Shown here piece after piece: positions 53,081-64,000 of a DNA stretch of 64,000 nucleotides (position 1 is the first letter of the stretch; the number at the start of each line of letters is the position of its first letter). The notes beneath the pieces were generated by a model that saw nothing but the letters and a program-made list of their open reading frames with translations, ran no database searches and was not told where the DNA came from. A program made the translations under genes and the position numbers. Source of the stretch: the human T2T-CHM13v2.0 reference genome, Homo sapiens; NCBI RefSeq assembly GCF_009914755.1, contig NC_060926.1; one strand, given 5' to 3'.

Positions 53081-53929
53081 GTAAGACTGACCCACGGGAG
53101 GGAGGTTTCTAGTCAAGGCTGTTTCCCCCAGGAAATTTAAAAGCTAGATTTCGGCTTCAGGGCGATAGGCCATGGTGAGGGGATCTGTATTTTTTAAGGT
53201 TTTTCTAAAGGACTTCTGGGCCAGCCTTCCACCTTGGGATCCCCAGATTTGCTGCCGTGAGGTACCTGGAAGGAACAGAGGGACGCCCAAGGGCAGTGAC
53301 TGGGGGCAGTTATGGTCACTACAAAAGGAGAACAGGGATCCCCAGGAAGTGTCTCACGTCCGGCGCTGTGGAATTAGTTGCTGATCAAGTAGGGAGAAAA
53401 TGTAAATATCACCTTTTCTCCTGCTCCCCTTGCCCATCCGTGTGACGGGGGGACTCACACCTAAGGCTGAGGGCATGGGGGAGGGGAAATGAGAGGTCCC
53501 TTATCATATTCCGAAGTCTATCCGTGACTTTAAAAAGCTGTTAGGGACCTTCAGAGGGTTCATAAGGCCAAAACCCTACTGTGCAAATATTGGCTGAAAT
53601 GTTTGTTTCACACACAGCTCCCACACCCATTGAACCACCCTATAAGTTTTTAACCTTGACCACAAGGATAACAGGGAGAAAACAAGGATGGTGCCAGCTC
53701 AACTGTACAGGAAAATGGTTACTTCATGAGTGGACCAGATCAGCAGCCTGGGTCTACTTGAAGCGCCCCTTTCAGGGTCACCTTGCGGTATCAGTCTCCC
53801 CACAAACAAACGCTCCCCAGAGTTTTTTTATTTTTTAAGCCGACCTATAAACAAGCAGTTTGTCCCTGCTTGCTCGCCTGGCACTAAGGACCCACAGAGA
53901 TGTCACTCGGTTTAATGCTGTCTCATTTT

Positions 53930-54150
53930 GATGCCTGGCCCGTTTGGGGTTGCCGCCCCTTTACTACGCCGGGACCCTCCTCGGCCTCAGGCTCCCAGGC
54001 ACTGCAGGATGCTGGCTGGGCACTCAGCAGTCGAGGCGCTGGGCATGCTCAGTGGCTGGGACCCGGCGGGCCGCGGGGGAGCGCGCCTCGGCCCAATGCG
54101 GCTGAGGGGCGGAGCGAGTTTCCCGGGGAGGCCTGCTGATTGGTGGGATG
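53930..54150. promoter_or_regulatory. Small upstream CpG patch with CCAAT (54093-54097), GC box (about 54106) and reverse CCAAT (54139-54143)
   Basis: Motifs read directly; CpG-rich compared with flanks. Confidence 0.5.
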
Positions 54151-56166
54151 GCCTGTTTTTCAAGCCTTGCACTGCAGAGGGAAGGTGGGGGTAGAAGGGT
54201 TGAGGGTACCAAGGTAGGTTGCAAAGCGTAGTAAAAAAAGAAAAAGAAGATGATGATGATGAAGGAGAAAAAGAACCATAGGCGCCATTCAGGGGTGTGC
54301 GATACGTAAATTAGGGGGATTGGGCATCTGCAGAGGGGCTCCTCCCCACCCAAGCCTGGGAGCCTCTCGTTTCTCCTCTCCCCTTCCTGTTCCCGGTCGT
54401 CATGCAGCCTCATCTAAACCTGGTTAATCTATAATTTGAGTACACATGTTGAATTGAAAGCCCTCCCTTCTTTTCCTCTGACAGCTTGGTGATGTGGGCA
54501 CACGTGCCCACTACAGCAAGGCTATTAATAGCAGATATTTGGAAATGGAAGCGAGGCGGCACTCACAGTGACCGAAATTCTGGGGGTATAGAGTGCCTTA
54601 CAGGGGGTAGGGCAGGGAGGTGCAGAATAAAGAAGCCTGAAGTTGGTGGAAAAGTGTAACTGTGTGCCTGGTTTTACCCTAGACAAGAAAAAAGAGAGAT
54701 TATAAAAGGGTTGTTTACTAGTAACAATGTAATCCAGATAAGGCCAAAGGGCTTTTCACAGGTTTGATGTTTAGCGCTGGGATGGGGGTAGTGGAGTACT
54801 TAACATTTTGTAAGACAACAAATCAAATCCATGGACATTTACTTTTCAAATGGCCCTGTCCCTACCTCCGTCCCTCCACCCCCCACCCCCCAAAAAAAGC
54901 TAAATAAAGGTACTGTACCTCTATGGGGGAAAAATACTCTTTTCTGGAAGGAGGGGAGGGTTGGAAAATTTATTTGCACGTACCTCACAATTATCTTCAT
55001 AGGAAGGATTTTGATCATAAAAAGCTAATTATGATAATAAACCTTTTAAAAAATATATCTCTCAGTGTTAAAGCATTTCTGCTTTAAAAAACACAATTTC
55101 AGTTGCTAAATATTCGATAAAAATTATGAAATAAGCCTCACTGCTGTGACAAATTATGTTCAGACCAATGGGTTTCCTATGGAAGATAATCACTGATCAT
55201 AGGATATTAGTGCCATTTTTTCTACTTGCTGATGTTTTACTACCAATTTAAAGGTGGTTAATATTTGTTATAATTATACTACAGTAAATTCAATTGTTCT
55301 CTACAATTGTTTTATTAATGGGCTAACTGGAAATTCATTTACATTTGGTTCATGTAATATATAGAATAGAAAGAGACGCGTTTGTGGGAACTCACTGAAG
55401 TAATGCTGAGCAGGTATGGGTATTATTCTGTCACCTAAGCTAAATTAGTCTTTTGGTGTATTGTAATGAAATACACTGTATGAAAAATTTACTCCCCACT
55501 GAAAATTCACGGAACAGAAGAACAAGCTATTACCAAAATCTGTTGCTCAATGCTGCCATCTATAGGAGAGTTAGAGCCGATTTGTGTAATATGCTAAGGT
55601 TCATTTTAAAAGAGGGCTAAAATAGTGATTTCATCACAACATTGCAACAGCTACGTTGATGTCACTAATACAGTCCTAATTCAAGGAGTTAAGGGTTTAC
55701 ATGCTATGGACGCACTTTGGGGCAATAGGTCTACAACTAGCTTTAAAATTGAGTTATTGGTTTATGTATGATACTATCAGGAAAATAATGCAAAATTTAT
55801 AGATTATTACATATATCTGTAAAGTGCTTGAGTTGGGTGGATGTAAAACTAAACATTTCAAAATTATAAAACACTTTTTGTATCAAAACATATGTTTTCC
55901 TTAAGATGTATGGGTCATAACTGGAGGAGCTATTTAAATACTGGCGTCTCTTAGAATTAATTTTGGCAATTTAGAACAGTGCTTGAAGGACAATTGAATG
56001 TGGATTTTCTCACTTTAAGATCTGTTTTTATTTTAAGATGGCTCAATAGTAATAAGCATTTGAATGCTTACTCTGCAAGGCAATATGAAATAGATAAAAA
56101 GACAGCTTCTTACAGCTTTGATGGGGTAATAAGAGAGTACAAAATAACAATAGTTGATGACTAAAA

Positions 56167-56208
<42 letters not shown>
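56167..56208. repeat. Compound microsatellite (TG)12(AG)9
   Basis: Read directly. Confidence 0.95.
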
Positions 56209-56209
<1 letters not shown>

Positions 56210-57732
56210 TGTCAAATAACAAGTGGTATTTACTTTCATGATGGATGAAATAACTACTTAATTTTTACAGAAGAGAGGAGCCTTAAGCTTGAACTTGAAA
56301 TGGGCTATAACTCAGATAAATGGCAATTATTTTTTCCCACTCAAGTTTTTTGGAACACCTACTTGTGTTAGGCACTAGGCTGGACACTGAGGATTTAGAT
56401 ATCAAAGACATGCTGCCCACAGGAAACTTACATCGAAAATGGCAGATGAACACAATTGCAGAGCACTATGATCTCTTTTGTGGAAAAAATAGGCACAGGG
56501 CAAATGAGATCACATAACAACCAACTGCCTTCTGACATAAACATTATCAGTTACAGACAGTGCAATTTGGGAATCTGAAAGGTGCCTCTTCCCTTAAAAA
56601 CTTTGTTTTCTCATGTAATTAAAATCTTTCATCTGTTTTATTTAAAAATATATAAAATAGGCCAATTAAAAGAGAGCTGAAAAGTCACACTTGGCTTGTA
56701 AATCGGCTAGATCAGGGCTTCTCAAACCCGAGGATCTTGTTATAATGCAGGTTCTGGTTAAATGCAGAAGGTCAAGGGCAGTCTGAGGCAGTGCATTTTT
56801 AACATACTCTAGGTGATGCTGATTCTGCTGGGTAAGTAGCATAGTTCTAATGACTGATGATTAATTGAAAGACAATAATTTGGTGCTGTGACATGCAAGC
56901 AAGGCACTTATACTTTAGTATTATATACATATACAGAGAGAACAACAGCAAGAAAAATTCTACTTAACTGAGGCTTCATTGTATTTGGGCTTCTCTCTTT
57001 TCAATCACAGGCATCAAATCTTTCTGGTAAGCATGAAGAGTTATTATCAAACAGTTGTGTTAGTGTTTTCCAAGGTGTGATTGAAAATGGAGATTTCTTA
57101 CCTCATCCCAGTCCTGCTAAACCAAAATCTCTTAGGGAAGGATGGGCCCCCCAGCATTCACAGTTTAAGCAGCATTACAGGAGATTATTATTTACATCAA
57201 AATTTAAGAATCATTGGCTTAAACACAAAGAAAAAAATGTAATTTTATTCTTCCAGAATTGGCAAATGCACAGCCTTAACCAGTCAACAAAGATCTTCAC
57301 CTGTGGGCTGTTTACTACAGCTGGGTGGAGCAGGCAATGACCCAAACCTGCATGAGTCTCCCAATATGAATTGATTTTCCTTTGAAGAATATCAATTACT
57401 GGCAATCAGCTAGTGAGAATCCAGTTCTGCTCTCATCTTGATTTCATCCCTCATCTCTTCTAGAGAACTGAGGGAAAATAAATGCACCAAGAACTAACAT
57501 GGGATTTTGGAAAGACAGTAATGCCCTCAACAGATGATTTCAAAACATTTGCTGTTTGAGGAGCAAATAAAGCATGAAATAAACAGGTGGATGAGGTTGG
57601 AAGAAAGGAGGGAGGTGAAAACTCCATGCCACTGTTTAATTCTTTCACTTCAGAAATTCTACTGATTGATTGGTGATTTGGGGGGTGGTGAAGAGAATCC
57701 ATAACTGATATTTGTCTAAAAAACTTGGTCCT

Positions 57733-57893
57733 GGTCCAGGCATAGTAGCTTATGCTTGTAATCTCCGCAATTTGGGAGGCAGAAGCAGAAAGATCCTTGA
57801 GCCCAGGAGTTCAAGTTTGCAGTGAGCTATGATCATGCCACCGCACTATAGCCTGGGTGACAGAGTGAGACTTTGTCTCTAAAAATAAATAAA
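57733..57893 (+). mobile_element. Alu monomer (FRAM/AluJ-derived)
   Basis: ggtccagggcatagtagcttatgcttgtaat...gagcccaggagttcaag..gcagtgagctatgatc...gcctgggtgacagagtgagac. Confidence 0.8.
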
Positions 57894-58032
57894 AAGACAA
57901 CTAGCTTTTTCTTTTTTAATTTTCTTGATTTCCTTAACTATTATATTCTCATTTTCTTGTTTGATAAGAATCAGGGGTCTGCCAGTCAATTTGTTATCTT
58001 AGACAATGCCACTAATGTTTTTGGTCATTTAA

Positions 58033-58374
<342 letters not shown>

Positions 58375-58618
58375 ACTGTTTCTCATATTTGAAGAGCCAA
58401 GTGTTATATCTAGATAAGCATATGCTTAGAAAGATTTGCAGACTTTACAACACCTTTTGCTGGTTTTGCCCCCTTCTTTATCTTAAATTTGTCTTTTTGG
58501 TGCAGTGCACTCTAAACTTTCTAAATTTAAATTTATATTTAAAATCTAAAATTTGATAGCCCAAAAATGTCTTCACAGTAATCCCTCAACTTCATTTGTT
58601 TATTTTTTAATGTGAATT

Positions 58619-58924
58619 TCAGTAATGATGAATGTCCCATGCCCTCTATTCAGTGGGCAGGATCTAGAGGTAGAGCTAGTTGGTTTTACTGTTGGTCATA
58701 TTAACAAAGAATTGCTAGGTCACCATGTCCCTCTCATTCTTCTCACATCCCCTCCTCAATTGCAAGGCAAATCATCATAACTTTTTCTCAGTAATGATGG
58801 ATATTCCGTGCTCTCTATTCACTTGGCAGGGTCTGGTGGTAGAACTAGTTGATTTCACTAACAAAGAATTGCTGGGTCACCATGGCCCCCTCATTCTTCC
58901 CATATCCTCTCCTCAACTGCAAGG
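58619..58924. repeat. Diverged tandem duplication, two copies of about 140-150 bp
   Basis: tcagtaatgatg...ctctattca..ggcagg...taacaaagaattgct.ggtcaccatg..cc.ctcattctt...ctcctcaa.tgcaagg at 58619-58767 and 58788-58924. Confidence 0.85.
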
Positions 58925-60682
58925 TTAACGAACATCTCTCTCTCTCTCTTTCTTCTTCTTCTTTTTACTGGGTCTCATCACTCCAAGGTTCTTTATTTTA
59001 AGAAAGAAAAAAAAAACTGACTAGAAGATTAAGGACATTAGTTTTCTGTGGATTGGGAAGATACAAGTTAATTTGAACTTAAGAAATTTGTAATTGCATC
59101 ACTACCTGTGGTGTTGTCCGGTGTGACTCTACAAGTGGGCAGAGGGTTACCCATATCAGAATCACCTGTGGAATTGTTCAAATCAAAGCTTCCTGTGTCC
59201 CACCTCTGATCCTCCTTCTAAATCAGATCCTCTGTAGGTCAATGTGTAGTTCCCCCATTTCCCATTCCCACCTCCATGAGTTTTATGTATGCTAAGATTT
59301 GAAAGCCACTGATCGGCCTATCTCTAAAATCCTAGATTACAAATGAAGACATTAGGAAATATATGCAATATTAACCTCCAGCAGCTGTCACAAGTTTGGT
59401 CAATAGTTTTTCTGAAATATTTTACTGCAGTGACTTTAAAACTTTTGACCATGACCTGCAGTAAAAATACATTTATAAACACATTGAACATCAGTGCGCA
59501 CACACACACTCAGACTCACTTACAACGAAATACAACTTACCCTTACTACCTGCAATGCACTCAGATCTTTTTACTCTTTCTTATCTCTCTTTCTCTCAAT
59601 CTCACACTTTCTCTTTTTCTTTTAATGCTTTCTAAGACCCACTAAATTAATTTCCTAGCACACTAAGGTGTCATGACCTACAGTCTGAAAACACCAACTT
59701 TCTATATGAATATTTCTGAATTCAAAAACAGAACAGAACAATGATCATCTCTAGATCCTTGGATGCACCACCAATTGAACTCCTAAGGAGGAAATTCACA
59801 ATGCTTCCAATGGATTCGAGTTTACCTAAGATTATTTTTGGTACTAACCAAGAATGATTTTTTCACTGCTTTTTTTTCTTAAGTGGTTGGGCACCAGTCT
59901 GTCCCTACTAAGCAATGAAATCTGATGCACTTACAGTTTTCATACAGTGGAAATCTGAAGACAGGCAAAAGGCAAATTAAGAACACTGAATGTGATTCAG
60001 TTACTATTTTAAAAAATAGACATTTATCATCACTTCCCAATATTATTTCATTGTGATAATTGAGCTAATGTTGTTTGCTATATAAAGTATTGGAGGAAAA
60101 TAAGTTAGAGATTATAAATGTATTTAAAATATATTCTTGTAAATTTGTATTTTATTTTTGCATCAGTTTTGGATTGGGGTTAAAGGAGAAAATAGTGGTT
60201 TTCTTTTATAAAGAAGAAAAATTTTAAAAACTGCTTACCAGGAATTTAAATTATTAGTTTTATTAATAACATTAGTTTCATAAAAACTAGATAAAATGTT
60301 GCTATTTTGTATTTCTTAATTTACCAAACATAAATGTCTTTGATTCCTAGGAAATTAAAATTTTAAGGGCTAATTCCCCTTCATTCAAGAAATATTTACT
60401 GTGATGAAGACATGTTCCATGCAGAGGAAATGGCCAATGCAAAGAGCCCCTGACTGGAGGGCATTTGGCACATTCTAGGAGAGTGAGGAGGTAAGTGCAG
60501 TGGGAGCAGAGTGAGGAAGGGGAGAATAGGAAGAAGCACGCTTAGTGAAATAACAGTGGACACAATCATAAGGGATCATGTAAGCCTTTGTAAGGACTTT
60601 GGTTTTCGCTCTGGGAGGGGAAACCACTGGATGGTATATAATACAGCAGTGACGTAATCTGACATATTTTAAAGACACTCTG

Positions 60683-60888
60683 GGCTGGGCGCTGTGACTC
60701 AGGCCTGTAATCCCAGCACTTTGGGAGGCCGAGGCGGGCATGGTGGCAGGCACCTGTAGTCCCAGCTACTCCAGGGGGCTGAGTAAGTAGAAGCACATGA
60801 ACCAGGCAGGTAGAAATTGCAGTGAGCCGACGTCACGCCACTGCACTCTAGCCTGGGTAACAGAGCGAGACTCTGTCTCAAAAAAAAA
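60683..60888 (+). mobile_element. Alu with internal deletion
   Basis: Left-arm gaggccgaggcgggc joins directly to right-arm atggtggcaggcacctgtagtccc; TSD agacactctgg. Confidence 0.88.
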
Positions 60889-61170
60889 AGAGACACTCTG
60901 GAAGCTCTGTTGGAATAGACTGTTGGGGGGAGGACAGGGGTAGTGGCAGAAGCAGACCTCATAAAAGGCTACTGCAGAAATATGATCAAGAGATGATGGT
61001 CATTCGTAAAGATGGTGAGAAGTAGTAAAGTTCTGAATATATTTTGAGGGCAGCATCAGCAGAATTTGCAGGTGGTATGGATGTGACATGGAAGAAAAAG
61101 AATGTAGGATGACTCCAAGGTTTTTTTTACTTGTACAACTGAAAAGATAAAATCACCATCAACTGAGACA

Positions 61171-61770
61171 ATGTATCAGTTTTCTATGGCTGGGTTAAGA
61201 AACTACTCTAAAGGAATAATTATGAAACATCAACTCTTTTATTATGCTCTAGGATTCTATGGGCCAGGAATTCAGACAGGGCACAGTGTTGATGGCTTGT
61301 CTGTGTCCCGGCTGGGATGGCTCAAATGGTTGTGGGACTATTTGACTTGAAAGGCTGGAGCCTGGAATCATTTGAAACATTGTTCACTCATGTGTCTGGC
61401 ACCTGCGTTAGAATGACTGAAGGCTACATCAACTAGAGTACTTACATCCGGTCTCTCCATGTGACTTGGACTTTTCACAGCGTGGAGGCTGGATTTCAAA
61501 GGTGAGTGTCTGAAGAGAGACCATCTCGAGAGTTAACATGCCAAGAGGGAGCTTCTAGAGAGGAGGTGTTCCAAGAGAATCAGACAGAAATTGTGTAGCC
61601 TTTTATGACCTTACCTCAGAAGTCAGAGCTTCATTTCTACTGTATGTATCCTATTGATCAAAGTAGACATGAGCCCACCCAGATAAAAGGGCAGGGAACC
61701 TAGACCACAGTTCTTGATGGAAGTAGTGTCAAAAAAAAAAAACTTGTAGTCATTGTTTTAAACTACCACA
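61171..61770 (-). mobile_element. MLT1 (MaLR) LTR nested in L2
   Basis: tgtatcagttttctatggctg...gattctatgggccaggaattcagacagggcacag...ttaaaactaccaca. Confidence 0.7.
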
Positions 61771-62910
61771 GATTGAAATACTGTGGCTGAACAGGAATGG
61801 GGAAGATGGGGGAAGATCAGGAGTTTGGTTCTAGACATGCTGAGTTTCAGGTGCTTATTGATCCTCCGAGTGGAGATATCAAGTAGGCATTTGTGTATAT
61901 AAACCAGAGTTGAAAAGATGAGTCTGGGCTTAGGTATAAATGTAAAGGTTGTCAGCCTATGAGTAGGATTTAAAGCCCATGATACTGGATAAAATCATCA
62001 AGAAAGAGAAAGTAGATAGACAAAAGAAGAGGACAAAGATGCCAGCAAGGGAGACAGAAGAACAACCAGTAAAGTTGCTCTCTTTTAGGCAGGAAGACAC
62101 CATATCAGGAAAAAGAGAGTGAACAACTGAGTCAATTGCTGCTGATGGTCAAGTCAGAAGAAGACTTGGAATTAACATAAGATCTAGCATCATGTTTGTG
62201 TTATGTATAAGATATTAACATTGATTGCAGATGCCCACAATGTTTATGATCTGACTGAATTCTTTAGTGGAATCACAAAAGTTCAACATACTCAGATGTG
62301 TACAGTAGGTTAGTAGAGTTTGTAGGGATAATTATGGCAACATATTTTATATTTCCTAAATAACTTTAACTTGAAAAATTCCTATGAGGACAGAGATACT
62401 AAAGTACAGTGGATGCTATGTTTAGTCTCACTATGCAATTTAGTCTTCTTGTCTCTAAGATTAGACTTCTAAACATTCTTAAGATTTTGAGAAAGAGAGG
62501 GAGAGAGAGAGACACTCATATTAATAGGAAAAATTGCCAAGATATGTCCTAATTTTTAAACCAAATATTTTAAAATATTTTAGACAAAAGTTTATATCTA
62601 GGAATCTACTTCTAGATTTATTAGTCTTTACTGATTTAAAACTTTACAAAATAACAAATAATAGCTTTCACCTTTTTAAAAACTATTTTAAAAGACTAAT
62701 GTAAGGTAATTTAGTGCAAAAGACAAATATCAATACCAACACCTAGTTTTAAGTTGGAAAATGTGAAATAAAATCTTATGTAAAATACATCAATACCCAA
62801 CAATATAATAATAATGTAACATAAAATTACCATGTCATTGGTGGGACACACAATTTACTAAAGTGTAAAAACCATAACATAACTCTTGGAATCTCTATAG
62901 AACTACAAAA

Positions 62911-63647
62911 TATAGTTGATGCTTGAACAATGCAGGCATTAGGAGTGGCAACTCCACAAAGTTGAAAATCTGCATATAACTTTAGACTCTCCAAAAACTT
63001 AACTTCTAATAGCCTACCATTGACCAGAAACTTTACTGATAATGCAGTAGATTATCACATATTTTGTATCTGCATTATATACTGTATTTTTAAAATAAAA
63101 TAATCTAGAGAAAAGTGAGTATTGACGGGGCATGGTGGCTCATGCCTGTAATCCTAGCATTTTGGAAGGCTGAGGTGGGTGGAACACCTAAGGTCAGGAA
63201 TTCGAGATCAGCCTGGCCAACATGACAAAATCCCGTCTCTACTAAAAATATAAAAATTAGCTGGGTGTGGTGTCAGGCACCTATAATCTCAGCTACTTGT
63301 GAGGCTGAGGCAGGACAATCGCTTGAACCCAGGGAGGTGGAAGTTTCAGTGAGCCGAGATCACACCACTTCACTCCAGCCTGAGCAAAAGAGCAAGACTC
63401 CGTCTCAAAAAAAAAAAAGTGAATGTTAAGAGAATCATAAGGAAAAGAAAATATATTTACTACTCATTAAGTGAAAGTGGAGCATCCTAAAGATCTTCAT
63501 CCTCATCATTTCCAGATTGAGTAGGCTAAGGAGGGGGAAGAAGAAGAGGGCTTGGTCTTGCTGTCTCAGTGGAGGCAGAGGCATAAGAAAAACGTGGATA
63601 AATGGATCCATGCAGTTCAAACCCCTGTTGTTCAAGGGCCAGCTGTA
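62911..63647. mobile_element. Tigger2-family element with nested Alu
   Basis: TIRs ta-tagttgatgcttgaacaa ... ttgttcaagggccagctg-ta with TA target sites; gaaaatctgcatataacttt.gactc.ccaaaaacttaact.ctaatagcctac. Confidence 0.82.
63125..63417 (+). mobile_element. AluSx-like nested in Tigger2
   Basis: TSD-like aaaagtgagtatt / aaaagtgaatgtt. Confidence 0.92.
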
Positions 63648-64000
63648 TGCTTAAACACATCCCTGGGGGTTGTAAAACTAATGTTACTGTTGTTTTCATT
63701 TTGCAATTTTTCCATCTTGATATAAAAGCAAAAGTAAAGCTAATCTATGTACAATTTATTATAGGTCAACTGAGAATGGCAGAGGACTCATCCCACCTTT
63801 GCCACATGGTGACTTGCCCCACTCCCCCAGGTGACCTTGCTCGTGCATGTGGATATTTGCTCAGATTAAGAATGTTTCCCACAAAATTGCTCACTCTCTT
63901 TCATTCTGTCCGTGGTTGGTTGTGGTTTATTTGTTGATAACTGAGACTATTTAAAGATTGCCAAAACAAAAGCCATTTCTTTTCTCCCCGAATAGCCTCA

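Larger units (their letters stand above)
60400..62190. mobile_element. L2 fragments interrupted by an Alu and an MLT1 LTR
   Basis: L2-like purine-rich tracts (gtaaggacttttggtttt..ctg..gggaaaccactgga; gatcaggagtttggtt.tagacatg.tgagttt.aggtg). Confidence 0.65.

Noticed and set aside
51921-53084. 387-aa plus-strand ORF (and the 190- and 234-aa ORFs) over the promoter
   Set aside because: R/P/G/A-rich low-complexity translation of a stop-poor CpG island, with poly-Cys/Leu/Ala from the CTG repeat; no domain recognised.

Overview
Human (primate) genomic DNA at the IRS1 (insulin receptor substrate 1) locus; IRS1 maps to 2q36.3 by established knowledge. The gene is on the minus strand. The whole 1242-aa CDS (51596..47868) lies in exon 1, which has a long GC-rich 5' leader and a TATA-less CpG-island promoter at about 52.6-53.0 kb. 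A splice donor 21 nt after the stop codon opens a large intron that runs off the left edge of the window; exon 2 is not in the window. The intron and upstream flank hold about 21 Alus, L1/L2/MIR fragments, MaLR LTRs and hAT/Tigger/mariner DNA-transposon remnants. I found no bacterial-type system, CRISPR array or second protein-coding gene. Best second-look items: (1) a tail-less, TSD-less Alu copied with its unique flank from 6 kb away, with a fold-back/template-switch scar at the junction; (2) polyQ- and polySer-encoding uORFs across the CAG repeat in the IRS1 leader; (3) a separate promoter-like CpG island inside the intron with an inverted CCAAT pair; (4) a cluster of intronic AATAAA signals behind a non-consensus donor, which could give full-length IRS1 an alternative 3'UTR; (5) a palindromic two-way splice donor upstream of the promoter; (6) a 21-nt poly(A)-tailed micro-insertion with a TSD. 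Repeat subfamily calls and most repeat boundaries are by eye and approximate.
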